A stretch of DNA of 64,000 nucleotides from an uncultured Verrucomicrobiae bacterium (GCA_963726745.1 CAVSDR010000003.1:480001-544000); one strand, 5' to 3'. Counted from the stretch's first letter, positions 38,756 to 49,432 are shown. Notes: generated by a model not told the origin, from the sequence alone. Numbers and translations: made by a program.

Positions 38756-39703
38756 ATGATCGTCACCACCGACCAGCTTTACAAAGTCGCCTACAAGAAA
38801 TTCGCCGTCGGCGCTTACAACATCAACAACCTCGAGCAGACCATGGGGCTCTTCCGCGGCAACGTGCAGAGCAAAGCCCCGTTCATCATCCAGCTGTCTA
38901 AAGGCGCGCGGAATTACACCGACAAGCGCATGCTCGAAGCGATCATCCGCACCGCGGAGGAAATTTTCCCCGACGCAATCTTCGCGGTGCATCTCGACCA
39001 CGGCGACGAACAGACCTGCTACGACTGCATCGATAGCGGCTTCTACAGCTCGGTCATGATCGATGCGAGCCACGAGTCCTTCGAGGAAAACATCGCCATC
39101 ACCAAGCGCGTGGTCGAGCGCGCGCATGCCAAGGGCATCAGCGTCGAGGCGGAGCTCGGGATGCTCGGCGGCGTGGAGGAAGACATCAAAGTCGACGAGA
39201 AACACGCCTGCCTAACGAACCCTGAAGAAGCGGTCGAGTTCGTCAAGCAAACCGGCTGCGACTCGCTCGCGGCCGCGATCGGCACCAGCCACGGCGCCTA
39301 CAAATTCAAGGGCCAGCAGTCGCTCCGCTTCGACGTCATCGAGGCGATCTCCCAGAAGTGCCCCGGGATGCCCATCGTGATGCACGGCAGCTCCAGCGTG
39401 CCGGTCGAAGAGGTCAAACGAATCAACGCAGCCGGCGGCCAGCTCGACCCGAGCGCGCGCGGGGTGAACGAAGAGGAATACCTTCCGGCCGCCAAACTCG
39501 GCGTGACCAAGGTGAACATCGACACCGATGGCCGCCTCGTCTGGACGCGCGTGCACCGCGAGTTCTTCCGCGACAAGCCGGCCGAATTCGACTTCCGTCC
39601 GCCGGGCAAAGTTTTCATGCAGGCCTACGCCGATTTCATCGCGCACAAGAACGAGAAGCTCGGCTCGGCCGGCAAGCTCGACGAGATTCGCGCGAGCCTG
39701 TGA
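38756..39703 (+). CDS. fba: Class II fructose-bisphosphate aldolase
   Basis: HLDHG, SSVMIDASH, VEAELG, GTSHGAYK, VMHGSS, KVNIDTD. Confidence 0.95.
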   Translation: MIVTTDQLYKVAYKKFAVGAYNINNLEQTMGLFRGNVQSKAPFIIQLSKGARNYTDKRMLEAIIRTAEEIFPDAIFAVHLDHGDEQTCYDCIDSGFYSSVMIDASHESFEENIAITKRVVERAHAKGISVEAELGMLGGVEEDIKVDEKHACLTNPEEAVEFVKQTGCDSLAAAIGTSHGAYKFKGQQSLRFDVIEAISQKCPGMPIVMHGSSSVPVEEVKRINAAGGQLDPSARGVNEEEYLPAAKLGVTKVNIDTDGRLVWTRVHREFFRDKPAEFDFRPPGKVFMQAYADFIAHKNEKLGSAGKLDEIRASL

Positions 39704-40720
39704 CGTTTACCGTCCAGGAATTGGCGGCGATTTCCGGCGGTGAGATCGTGGGCGATCCGCAGCAGTGTGTCACCGGCGCGGCGCCGCTCGGCGAGGCTGG
39801 CGAAGGTGACCTGACCTTCTTCGGCCACCCGAAATACGCCGCGCAACTTCGGCGCACCAAAGCGTCGGCTATTTTTGTCCCGGCCGATTTTGCCGAAGCG
39901 ACACCAGCGGTCCAAATCCGCGTGGAAAATCCCGCGAGGGCGTTCCAGGAAGTCGTCCTCAAGCTCGCGCCCGAGCCGGTGCGTTTCGCTCCCGGAATCC
40001 ATCCAAGCGCCGTGATCGCAGCGGACGTGAAGCTCGGCGCAGATGTCTCCGATCCAGCCGCATGCGATCATCGAGGCAGGCGTGGAAATCGCCGAGCGCA
40101 CCGTCATCGGCGCGAACTGCTATCTCGGTCACGGAACGAAGGTCGGGGCGGATTGTTTGCTCTATCCAAACGTTGTCGTCCGCGAACGCACCGTCATCGG
40201 CGCGCGCGTGATCTTGCACAGCGGCGTGGTCCTCGGCGCGGATGGTTTTGGCTTCGAGATCGTGGAAGGCCGCCAGCAAAAAGTCCCGCAAATCGGGATC
40301 GTGCAGATCGATGACGACGTGGAGATCGGCGCGAACAGCACCGTGGATCGCGCACGCTTTGGCCGCACCTGGATTCAGCAAGGTGCGAAGATCGACAACC
40401 TGGTCATGATCGCGCACAACGTCGTGGTGGGCGCGCATTCCGTGATCGCCGCGCAGACCGGCGTCGCCGGCAGTTCGCGCCTCGGCGCTTATGTCATGAT
40501 CGGCGGGCAAGCCGGCATTACCGGACATGTGGAAGTCGGCGAGCAGGTGATCATCGGTGCCAAAACCGGCGTCTCGAAAGATCTTCCCGCGAAGAGCGGG
40601 ATCTGGTGGGGCATCCCAGCCGCGCCCATTCGCGAGTCGCACGAGCAGCTCGCGTGGATTCGCCGGCTGGGGAAACTCTTCGCGCGGGTAAAGGCGCTGG
40701 AAGAGAAGCTCGGGAAATAG
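39700..40720 (+). CDS. lpxD: UDP-3-O-acylglucosamine N-acyltransferase; 1-base insertion at ~40050
   Basis: TFTVQELA..G..GD..GIHPSAVI in one frame; hexapeptide repeats, G.DGFGF, KVPQ.G.V, GANSTVDR, KIDNLV.IAHN in the +1 frame. Confidence 0.93.
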
Positions 40721-40796
40721 CCGGCAACTTCACGCCGCCTAACGAGTCCCCGCTTTTTCCGGGAAGAACCGGCGCAGCGTGAAGCTTGCGCGGCCG

Positions 40797-40812
40797 TGGC
40801 AAGGCACCTGCT
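40797..40812 (+). promoter_or_regulatory. sigma54 (-24/-12) promoter candidate
   Basis: TGGCAAGGCACCTGCT = TGGC-N9-GC followed by AT-rich sequence; ~35 bp before the ATG at 40848. Confidence 0.6.
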
Positions 40813-40847
40813 TTATAGTAATTATAAGCCGAACCAGCCACCCAACT

Positions 40848-41297
40848 ATGAAACTTCTCTCCCGCGCCGAGACCGAATTCCTCATCATCGACGACGATCC
40901 CGCGATCGCGAAATTCCTCGTCACCTACCTGCAGCAAAAAGGCCACACCTGCGAGTCGCTCACCGAAGGCTTCCGGACCGCCGCTTGGCTCGAGCACAAT
41001 CGTTGCGACGTCGTGATTGTGGATTTGAACATGCCCAAGGTGGACGGCATCTCGCTGATTACTTACATCCGCGAAATGAGCACCACGCTTCCGATCATTG
41101 TCTTCACCGGCGTGGGCTATGATGAAGAGCGCATGCACACCGCGCTCCGCGCCGGGGCCAACGGCTACGTGAGCAAGAATCTCCCGGTGGAACAACTTTA
41201 CTGCGTCCTCTCCCGCGTCCTCGCCACCTGCCAGCAGCGCGCCCGGCGCGATGCGCTGAACGTCCGCGCGCACCACGCGCTTGCCGGCGCCGCCTAA
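40848..41297 (+). CDS. Single-domain response regulator
   Basis: IIDDD, DLNMP..DG, FTG, YVSK. Confidence 0.9.
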   Translation: MKLLSRAETEFLIIDDDPAIAKFLVTYLQQKGHTCESLTEGFRTAAWLEHNRCDVVIVDLNMPKVDGISLITYIREMSTTLPIIVFTGVGYDEERMHTALRAGANGYVSKNLPVEQLYCVLSRVLATCQQRARRDALNVRAHHALAGAA

Positions 41298-41698
41298 CGG
41301 CTGCGCTGCTCCGCAAGCAGGGCGCGCAGTCCATCCGAGGAAATGTATTCCGCGCCGCAGGCGCTCACGGTTTCCTGCTCGAGGTAGTCGTCGGTCGCGA
41401 CCAGCAGTTGATACTTGGCGGCGTAGTTGCTCGCCAGCCGCTCGATGATGGCGTCGGCTGTTTGCCCGGCGCGCGAATAAAAAATCTGGATCTCGCCCGG
41501 CTCGGCGGCGGTGTCGACCGCGGTCCCTTTGCCGTCGAAGACCGCGATCACGCGCACGCCGGTCCAATCCTGGTAATCTCGCAGTTGCCGAATGAGGGCA
41601 TCGCGCGCGAGCGAGGTCCGGCGTTGATGGAGCGCGCGCAATTCCGGCCAGGCGAAGATGACGCTGTGGCCATCGACGATGAGATACTCCACCTGCAC
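41294..41698 (-). CDS. NYN/YacP-like PIN-fold ribonuclease
   Basis: LIVDG.S, VFDG, TADA.IE, VAT.D. Confidence 0.85.
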   Translation of the reverse strand: MQVEYLIVDGHSVIFAWPELRALHQRRTSLARDALIRQLRDYQDWTGVRVIAVFDGKGTAVDTAAEPGEIQIFYSRAGQTADAIIERLASNYAAKYQLLVATDDYLEQETVSACGAEYISSDGLRALLAEQRSR

Positions 41699-41761
41699 GC
41701 TGGCACCTATAGAGGCAGCGAGGAGCGGCGCAAGAACGCGGGCGCAGCCCGCGGGGGCGGC

Positions 41762-41953
41762 TTACTCAGCGCTCGCGGCTGCGGCGGGAACGGGAGCAGG
41801 CGAAGCCGCGGCTGCGGACTTCTTGCTCTTGGCCTTGGCGGCCGGGCGACGGGCACCTGCAGCGACGGCGGCTTCTTTTGCCTTCGCCTTCTTGCGCTCG
41901 AGATAGGCTTCGCGCCGCTTGCGTTTCACTGTCCTGCGATGTTGCTGACCCAT
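41762..41953 (-). CDS. Small very basic protein (63 aa)
   Basis: MGQQHRRTVKRKRREAYLERKKAKAKEAAVAAGARRPAAKAKSKK...; occupies its own intergenic slot (tail of the spurious 41762..42646 ORF). Confidence 0.7.
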   Translation of the reverse strand: MGQQHRRTVKRKRREAYLERKKAKAKEAAVAAGARRPAAKAKSKKSAAAASPAPVPAAAASAE

Positions 41954-42089
41954 AACCACGTTCCCTATAGGCGGCGGCGAGACGCTGCGCAATAGGAAGT
42001 GCGCAAACTTCTCCGGCGCACGCGGTTCGAGGTTGCATTGATTATCGCATCCCGCTAGAACTCGCACTCCTGCCGCCGGCAGCCTCCCC

Positions 42090-42866
42090 ATGCCCAAGAT
42101 TCTCATCAGCATCTCGATTCTCTTTCTGACGCTTTCCGCCGTTTTCGGGGTGATGAACGCGAACAAAGCGCACGCTCTACGCGACCACGCCGAGCGCACC
42201 GAGGCCGCCCGCGCGCAGGCGGAGCAGGCCAAGCTGGCCAAGGAAAAGGAACTCAAAGCCAAGGAAGTGGCCGCCGCCGCGGAAGCCGCGAAGAACGCGG
42301 AGGTGATCGCGAATGCCGAGGCCGACCTGGTGAAGTCGCAGACCGAAAAGAGCGAGTTGCAGGCTAAATTGCAGTCGACCCAAAACGAAATCGCCGACCT
42401 GCGCACGAAGCTCGATGAAGCGATGACGAAGTTGCCCGTCTCCGACGGCACCGGGTTGCCGATGCCGGGAGCCGACAACCTCCAGGTGCAGCTCGAGGAA
42501 ACGCGCCACCAACTCGAGAGCGCGGAGCGCGAGAAGCAGGTCCTGGCGGACAAGATTCGCGAAGTCGATGCGCAGAAGGAAGAGCAGCAGCGCCGGCGCG
42601 CCGTGCGGAACAGCCCGGGCCTGCGCGGGACCGTGCTCGCGGTCAATCAGGCGTATAACTTTGTGGTCCTCAATCTCGGCGCCCGCCAGGGCGTCGAAGC
42701 GAACAGCGAGCTCCTGATCCTGCGCGGCGGGAGCATGATCGGGCGCATCCGGATTTCCTCGGTTGAACCAGCTACCGCCATCGGCGATATCATCAGCAGC
42801 AGCCTGCCACGCGGTGTGCAGGTGCAACCTGGAGATACCGTCATTTATGCTGGCACGAGTTCGTAG
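42090..42866 (+). CDS. Membrane-anchored coiled-coil protein with a C-terminal beta-barrel
   Basis: N-terminal TM helix, long coiled coil, G.VLAVN..YNFVVLNLG..QGV...GD.V. Confidence 0.75.
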   Translation: MPKILISISILFLTLSAVFGVMNANKAHALRDHAERTEAARAQAEQAKLAKEKELKAKEVAAAAEAAKNAEVIANAEADLVKSQTEKSELQAKLQSTQNEIADLRTKLDEAMTKLPVSDGTGLPMPGADNLQVQLEETRHQLESAEREKQVLADKIREVDAQKEEQQRRRAVRNSPGLRGTVLAVNQAYNFVVLNLGARQGVEANSELLILRGGSMIGRIRISSVEPATAIGDIISSSLPRGVQVQPGDTVIYAGTSS

Positions 42867-43071
42867 TTCTTCTTTCTATCGGTTCACCATGGTGACGCTG
42901 CTCGCGGGCAGCACCCTTCTCTGCGCTTCCTGCGCGACCAAGCAGGACCCACAAATCGTCTCCGATGGCACACCGGGACGCGAGTCCGCGCTGCCGTGGA
43001 ACAAGCAGGAGAAGTGGGAAGGCGCAGGGCAATTCGGCGGTCTCGCCGAAGGCATGCAGGGCCGCCGCTAG
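42847..43071 (+). CDS. Small lipoprotein
   Basis: Lipobox LCASC; S.LPWNK.E.WEG.G. Confidence 0.65.
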   Translation: MLARVRSSSFYRFTMVTLLAGSTLLCASCATKQDPQIVSDGTPGRESALPWNKQEKWEGAGQFGGLAEGMQGRR

Positions 43072-44366
43072 ATCCAGCAACCCGCGGGAATCACCGCGTT
43101 CTTCGGCACCACCACGATGCCGTCGCGGATGAAGTAATTCTCGCCGTCGAAGTTCTCCGGCTTCCCTTCCGGGGTAATGACCACGCCGTCGGCGATGCGT
43201 GCGTTTTTATCAATGATCGCGCGGTCGATCACGCAATTGCGCCCGATGCCCATCGGCGGCAATCCCGAGGGCACGGTCTCGGGCTCGATCTCGTAGTAGT
43301 CCGCGCCCATGACCACGCTGTTGCGAATGGTCGCGCCGGACTTGATCACGCTGCGCACCCCGATGACCGAGCGCTCGATGTGCGCATCGGAAATAATGCA
43401 GCCATCGGCGATGATCGCCTGCCGCAGCGCCGCGCCATTGATCTTGCTGCCTGGGAGAAACCGCGGGTGCGTGTAGATCGGCGCCGCCGCCTCGAAGAAG
43501 CTGTATTGCGGGAGGAGATCGGTCAGGTCGAGATTCGCTTCGTAAAAGGCGCGGATCGTCCCGATGTCTTCCCAGTAGCCGTCGAAGATGTAGCCGCTGA
43601 CAACTCGCTGCTTAATTGCCTGCGGGATGATGTGCTTTCCGAAGTCTGCGAGATCGTTCGCGAGGCATTCCACGAGCACGTCGCGCGTGAAGACGTAGAT
43701 GCCCATCGAGGCCTGGAAAAGGTCTTCGCCCTCGGGCGCGCCGATGGATTCGCGCAGCTCCGCCCCGAGCTTCATCTCGTCCAGGATCGCCGGGTCTTTC
43801 GGCTTTTCCTCGAAGCGCGTGATCCGGCGATTCTCGTCGCTCTGCATGATCCCGAAATCGGAGGCGAGCGCGCGACCCACCGGTTTCATCGCCAGGGTAA
43901 TGTCCGCCTTGGAAGCGATGTGTTGATGGAGCAGCAGGCGGAAATCCATCCGGTAAAGCTGATCGCCGCTGAGGATGAGAAAGTAATCATACGGCTGCTC
44001 GAGGAAGTAGCGCATGTTCTGCCGCACCGCGTCGGCCGTGCCCTGGTACCACTCGGAAGTTTCCGGGGTTTGCTGGGCCGCGAGAATGTCGACAAAACTG
44101 CGCGAGAAGTTGTCGAACTTGTAGCTCGCCTGGATGTGGCGATGGAGCGACATGGTGTTGAACTGCGTGAGCACGTAGATCGAGCGCAGCCCGCTGTTCA
44201 GGCAATTGCTGATCGGGATGTCGACCAGCCGATACTTCCCGCCCAGCGGCACCGCCGGTTTCGCGCGGTCCTTCGTCAAGGGAAACAAACGCGTGCCCGC
44301 ACCGCCGCCCATGACGATGGCTAAAGTTCGTTGAGTCGTTCCCGGTGGCAGCGCAGGCGTTTGCAT
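43068..44366 (-). CDS. glgC: Glucose-1-phosphate adenylyltransferase
   Basis: GGGAGTRLFPLT..RAKPAVP.GGKYRL.D, WYQGTADAV, LSGDQLY.MD, F.EKP, YWEDIGT. Confidence 0.97.
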   Translation of the reverse strand: MQTPALPPGTTQRTLAIVMGGGAGTRLFPLTKDRAKPAVPLGGKYRLVDIPISNCLNSGLRSIYVLTQFNTMSLHRHIQASYKFDNFSRSFVDILAAQQTPETSEWYQGTADAVRQNMRYFLEQPYDYFLILSGDQLYRMDFRLLLHQHIASKADITLAMKPVGRALASDFGIMQSDENRRITRFEEKPKDPAILDEMKLGAELRESIGAPEGEDLFQASMGIYVFTRDVLVECLANDLADFGKHIIPQAIKQRVVSGYIFDGYWEDIGTIRAFYEANLDLTDLLPQYSFFEAAAPIYTHPRFLPGSKINGAALRQAIIADGCIISDAHIERSVIGVRSVIKSGATIRNSVVMGADYYEIEPETVPSGLPPMGIGRNCVIDRAIIDKNARIADGVVITPEGKPENFDGENYFIRDGIVVVPKNAVIPAGCWI

Positions 44367-44489
44367 TTCTTGGCTCACTTCTTCGCACATCCCTGGCCGC
44401 TTTGTCTCCCTCGAATCCTGCGGGCGCCCGCTGCTGCTCAGCGCGGTGGTCAAGGGAAGATGGAGGTGCTACCATGCGCCCTCTCTATT

Positions 44490-46362
44490 ATGTGCGGCAT
44501 TGTTGGCTACGTAGGTAAGGCGCAGGCGGGTCCGATTCTTCTCGATGGGCTCCGCCGCCTGGAGTATCGCGGCTACGACTCTGCCGGGGTCGCGATCGTC
44601 AACGGCGCCGGCATCGAGACGCGCAAATGCGCCGGGCGCATTGCGAATTTAGCCAGCCTCATGACCGAGCAGCCGCCCTCGGGCCACTACGGCATCAGCC
44701 ACACCCGCTGGGCCACGCACGGCGAGGTCACGGATGAAAACGCCCACCCGCACTTCGACCAAAGCGGCCAGCTCGCGCTGGTGCACAACGGGGTGATCGA
44801 GAACTACGCCGCGCTCAAGGAAGACCTCTTGCGCGAGGGCGAGCACACCTTCGTTTCCGAAACCGATACCGAAGTGCTGGCCCATCTCATCGGCAGCCTT
44901 TACGACAAGTCGGCCGCGGGCAGCCCCGATCCCGACGAAGGACAAGGCGCGGCTCGTGAACGCCGTCCGCGCCGCCTTGAAGCAGGTCATCGGCACCTAC
45001 GGGATCGCCTTGATCCATCGTGACATTCCCGATTTTCTCGTGGGCGCGCGGCGCGGCTCGCCACTCGTCCTCGGCGTCGGCAAGGAGGAGAACTTCCTCG
45101 CCAGCGACGTCAGCGCCGTCGTCGCTCACACCCGCGACGCGGTTTACTTGAACGACTTCGACATCGTCGCGGTCGAGCCGGACAAATTTGAGATCAGCTC
45201 GGTCCGCGGCGAGGCCGGCAATTACACCCTGAGCAAAGTCGAGTTCTCCGATGAGGACATTCGCAAGGGCGACTTCCCGCATTACATGCTCAAGGAAATC
45301 TTCGAGCAACCCTCGAGCGTGCGCGACGCCATGCGCGGCCGGCTCAACGCCGACGAGTGCACCGCGAAAATGGGCGGCTTGAACATGACGCCGGAGCAGT
45401 TGCGCGATGTCAGCCGCATCGTCCTCACCGGCTGCGGCACCGCGCTCCACGCCGGCATGATCGGCGAATACATTCTCGAGCAGCTCGCGGGCATTCCTAC
45501 GGAAGTGGAATTTGCCAGCGAGTTCCGCCATCGGAACACGCCCATGATTGGCGGCACGCTCGTCTTTGCCATCAGCCAGAGCGGAGAAACAGCCGACACG
45601 CTGGGCGCCTTGCGCGAAGCGCGCCGCAAAGGCTATCGCACCCTCGGCATCTGCAACAACGTCGCGAGCACGATCGCGCGCGAGAGCGACGGCGGCGTCT
45701 ACATGCACGCCGGGCCGGAGATCGGCGTCGCCGCGACCAAGTCCTTCACCTCCCAGGTCACCATCCTCACGCTCCTCGGCCTCTTGTTAGGCCGGATGCG
45801 CCACCTCTCCACCTCCGAGGGCACGCGCATCATCGCCGCACTCGAAGCCCTGCCCGGCCAGATCGAGCAGGCGCTCAAATTAAGCGACGAGATCAAGCGC
45901 ATCGCGCAAAAATATGTCGCCGCCGAAGGGATGCTCTTCTTTGGCCGGCAGTTTAACTATCCAGTCGCGCTTGAAGCAGCGCTTAAGGTTAAGGAGATCA
46001 CCTACCTCTTCGCCGAAGGCCACCCGAGCGCGGAGCTCAAGCACGGCATCATCGCCCTGGTGCGGCCCGAGTTGCCGTCTGTTTTCATCGCGCCGGACGA
46101 CGCCGTCTTTTCGAAGAACATCAACAACATCGAGCAGGTCAAAGCCCGCCGCGGCCCGGTCATCGCCATCACCACCGGCGAAGGCGCCGAGCGTTTGCAG
46201 AGCGTCGCCGACGACATCATCACCCTCCCGGCCTGCGAGGAATTTATCAGCCCCATCCTGACGGTGATTCCCACGCAATTGCTCGCCTACCATCTCGCGG
46301 TCGAGCTCGGCCGCGACGTCGACAAGCCGCGCAATCTTGCGAAGAGCGTGACCGTGGAATAG
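44490..46362 (+). CDS. glmS: Glutamine--fructose-6-phosphate aminotransferase; 1-base insertion at ~44935
   Basis: MCGIVG, HTRWATHG, HNG.IEN; +1 frame has SQSGETADT, ATKSFT, E.ALK.KE, DKPRNLAKSVTVE*. Confidence 0.96.
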
Positions 46363-46382
46363 CCAGCGCTTTCCGCGCGCGG

Positions 46383-46916
46383 CTAGATCTTCGCGTAGAC
46401 GCCGATCAAGCGGCGCTTCGACGGGACGTGATTGCGAAAATCGCTCACGAACCCGGTCTTGTTGCGGATTTCCACGTGGCCCGCACCGCGGCCGCCATAC
46501 ACGAGGACGGCGCCAATCGGGGCCTGGAAGGGATCGCGCACCGCCAGCTTCTTGAAGCCGTAGCTGCGCATCAATTCATCGCCCGCCTGTTTTGCGTAGA
46601 CGGTTTTCGGGCGGCTGCTAACGGCGCCGGAGGCAAGGAGCGCATCCTTCACGTAATGCCAGCAGCGCGACTTCGAATGCGCCCGGGCCCGCTCTTGCGC
46701 GATCGTCGCTGCGCGAAGCATGCGCTTGTCGAGGCGCGGATCGATTTTAGCCAGCGGATAGACGATGCGGTCATGGCGAAACTTCTCCACCACCGGCACC
46801 GCGGTCAGGCGGCCAGTCTTGCGGTCGTGGTAGACAAACTTCGACTTCGCCTGCGCAGTCCCGAGCGAGCCAAGGAGGCAAACCGCCGGGAGAAGAAAGA
46901 GGGCAAACCGCTTCAC
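46383..46916 (-). CDS. Secreted Cys-His (CHAP/NlpC-P60-like) putative peptidoglycan amidase, copy 1
   Basis: Signal peptide; SKSRCWHYVKDAL...GAVLVYGG.GAGHVEI...FVSDF. Confidence 0.6.
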   Translation of the reverse strand: MKRFALFLLPAVCLLGSLGTAQAKSKFVYHDRKTGRLTAVPVVEKFRHDRIVYPLAKIDPRLDKRMLRAATIAQERARAHSKSRCWHYVKDALLASGAVSSRPKTVYAKQAGDELMRSYGFKKLAVRDPFQAPIGAVLVYGGRGAGHVEIRNKTGFVSDFRNHVPSKRRLIGVYAKI

Positions 46917-47008
46917 TGCGCGCGGTTATGCCGGAAAGAGGAGCGCAGGGCAAGCCTGCTTACCAGAAATTATAGTCCGGCCTCCGCTGCCGCGGAAAAT
47001 TTAGCCAG

Positions 47009-47579
47009 CTAGATCTTGGCGAAGACGCCGATCAAGCGGCGCTTCGACGGGGCGGTGTTGCGGAAATCGCTCACGAACCCGTTCTTGTTCCGGATCTCGA
47101 CATGGCCGGCGCCTTTGCCGCCATAAACCAAGCACCGCACCGACCGGCGCAGCGTAGGGATCGCTCACCGGGAGACGCTTGAAACCGTAGTTGCTGACCA
47201 ATTCCTCGCCCGCCTGCTTGGCGAGCGCGGTCTTCGGATACGAGCTCACGGCGCCAGCGGCCAGGAGCGCTTCCTTGACGTAGCGCCAGCAGCGCGACTT
47301 CGAGTGCGCGTGGGCCCGTTCCTGGGCGATCGTGGCCGCGCGGACCATCAGCGGATTCATCTTCGGGTCGACTTTAGCCGGCACGATCTTGCGCTTGGCG
47401 GAATCGTCCACCAGCGGCACGGCGACGGTCTTGCCCGCGGCGTCCTTGATCACAAAAGCGGACTGCTCGGCTTTCGCCTTGGGGTTGTTCCGCACCGCGT
47501 CGAACGATGGGAGGGCGGCGTGGAGAGAAGCAGCCGCAAACGAGCAGCAAACAATGGTGCAAAGGGTAACTTTTCGCAT
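47009..47579 (-). CDS. Tandem paralog of the putative amidase, copy 2; 1-base insertion at ~47130
   Basis: SKSRCWRYVKEAL; the restored frame ends VYGGKGAGHVEIRNKNGFVSDFR..SKRRLIGVFAKI*, matching copy 1. Confidence 0.65.
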
Positions 47580-47736
47580 CAGGAGCGCCCCATATCGGCT
47601 GGAATGAAGGGGGAGGCAACCAGTTTCTTAGATTTTTCTCCGCTCGCGGAAGAACTCCGGCGCCGTCCAGCCTGTGTTTGCGTTCGCAAAGGGATTGCCG
47701 GCGGCCGCGCGCCCTCGCTATTCTAGCCAGCACTTT

Positions 47737-49389
47737 GTGAGACCCAACGGCCGCAGCGGAAAGGTCAGCTTCATCCTGGCGTTCGTCTTTGCCGGGCTCG
47801 GTTCCGTTGGCGCGCGCGAGCCGTTTTACGAAGGCCTCGGCGATTACACCCGCAAGGTCACCACCGAGTCCGCGGAGGCGCAGCGTTACTTCGATCAGGG
47901 ACTCGCCTTCCTCCACGGGTTTAATCACAGCGCCGCCATCCGCTCGTTCCAGCAGGCGGCGGAACTCGATCCCGCGTGCGCCATGGCCCACTGGGGCATC
48001 GCGCTCGCCTCGGGGCCGCACATTAATTACCCGCTTGTCCCGCCGGCCGCCGCCGCGCTCGCTTCCCGGGAAATTGCGCTCGCGCGAGAACACGCGGCCA
48101 AGGGCACGCGAGTCGAGCAGGCGTTGATCGATGCCCTCGCCCGGCGCTACGCCCAGCCGCAGCCGGAAGATCGTGCCCCGCTCGACCAAGCCTACGCCAA
48201 GGCGATGCGCGCGGTCTGGAAACAATTCCCCAAGGACCCCGATGCCGGCGTGCTTTTCGCCGAGGCGATGATGGACCTCGCGCCGTGGAATCAATGGACC
48301 CCGGAAGGGAAGGCCAATCCCGGGACCGAGGAGATCATCGCCACGCTCGATGCGGTCTTGAAATTGAATCCGCGCCATCCCTTCGCGAACCATCTCTACA
48401 TCCACGCGGTCGAGGCCTCGCCGCATCCGGAGCGGGCCGACGCCGCCGCGGCCCGCCTGCGCCGGCTCCAGCCCGGGCTGGCGCACAACGTCCACATGCC
48501 TTCGCATATCGACATCCGCCGCGGCCGCTGGCAGCAGGCCATCGCGAGCAACGCCCAGGCCATCGCGGACGACCGAAAATATCGCGAGCTCCTCGGCGCG
48601 AAAGCGCCTGGCCTCGTCCCGCTCTACGCCGCGCACAACCAGCACATGCTGGCCTACGCCGCGCTCATGACCGGGCAAAGCCAGCTCGCGCAGCAAACCA
48701 TCCGGGAGATGGTGACCGATTTGCCGGCTGATTTCCTGCGCGAGAACGCGCCGATGATCGAGACCTTCGTAGCCCTCCCTCTCGAAGTCATGATTCGCCT
48801 CGGCCGCTGGGATGAGATTCTCGCTGAGCCGGAGAATTACCCGGACTACATGCCGTTCACCCGCGCCTTCCACCACGCGGCGCGCGCGGTCGCCTTCGCT
48901 GCCAAAGGCCAGCCGGAAGCGGCCCGCAAAGAGCAGGCTATTTTCCGGGAACGCGCCGCCGCCATCCCGGAGGAGACCGCGCTGGGCAACAACACCGGCC
49001 AGGCCGTCCTGGCCCTCACCGGCCGCATGCTTGAAGGCGAAATTCTGGTCGCGGAAAACCAGGTCGAGCAGGGGCTGGCGGAATTGCGCGCGGCCCTCGC
49101 CCTCGAGGAAGGGTTGAAGTACGACGAACCGCCTTCCTGGATGATTCCACTGCGCCACGCGATCGGCGCGAACCTGATGCGCGAAGGCCGCTTCGCCGAG
49201 GCCGAGAAAATCTATCGCGAGGACCTGCAGCGCCTGCCCGGAAACGGCTGGGGACTCTTCGGCCTGGCCGAAAGCCTGCGCGCCCAGAAGAAGCCGGAAG
49301 CCGCCGCTGCCCGGGCACGCTTTGAGAAAGCCTGGTCTCATGCCGATCTCCAGATCACCAGCTCCTGCCTTTGCCGGCCGGGTCTTTGA
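47737..49389 (+). CDS. Secreted TPR-repeat protein with His-rich motifs
   Basis: AQRYFDQGL..F.H..A.RSF..A..LDP.CAMAHWG; HP.ANHLYIH; H..HMPSHI; PGNGW.LFGL. Confidence 0.8.
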   Translation: MRPNGRSGKVSFILAFVFAGLGSVGAREPFYEGLGDYTRKVTTESAEAQRYFDQGLAFLHGFNHSAAIRSFQQAAELDPACAMAHWGIALASGPHINYPLVPPAAAALASREIALAREHAAKGTRVEQALIDALARRYAQPQPEDRAPLDQAYAKAMRAVWKQFPKDPDAGVLFAEAMMDLAPWNQWTPEGKANPGTEEIIATLDAVLKLNPRHPFANHLYIHAVEASPHPERADAAAARLRRLQPGLAHNVHMPSHIDIRRGRWQQAIASNAQAIADDRKYRELLGAKAPGLVPLYAAHNQHMLAYAALMTGQSQLAQQTIREMVTDLPADFLRENAPMIETFVALPLEVMIRLGRWDEILAEPENYPDYMPFTRAFHHAARAVAFAAKGQPEAARKEQAIFRERAAAIPEETALGNNTGQAVLALTGRMLEGEILVAENQVEQGLAELRAALALEEGLKYDEPPSWMIPLRHAIGANLMREGRFAEAEKIYREDLQRLPGNGWGLFGLAESLRAQKKPEAAAARARFEKAWSHADLQITSSCLCRPGL

Positions 49390-49432
49390 GGGCGACGAAT
49401 CCGGGCACCCACTCGCTTGCGAACTGTCCCTG

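Noticed and set aside
49403..49420. sigma54 promoter before the ferritin-like gene
   Set aside because: The GGCAC core and TTGC are not at the required -24/-12 spacing.
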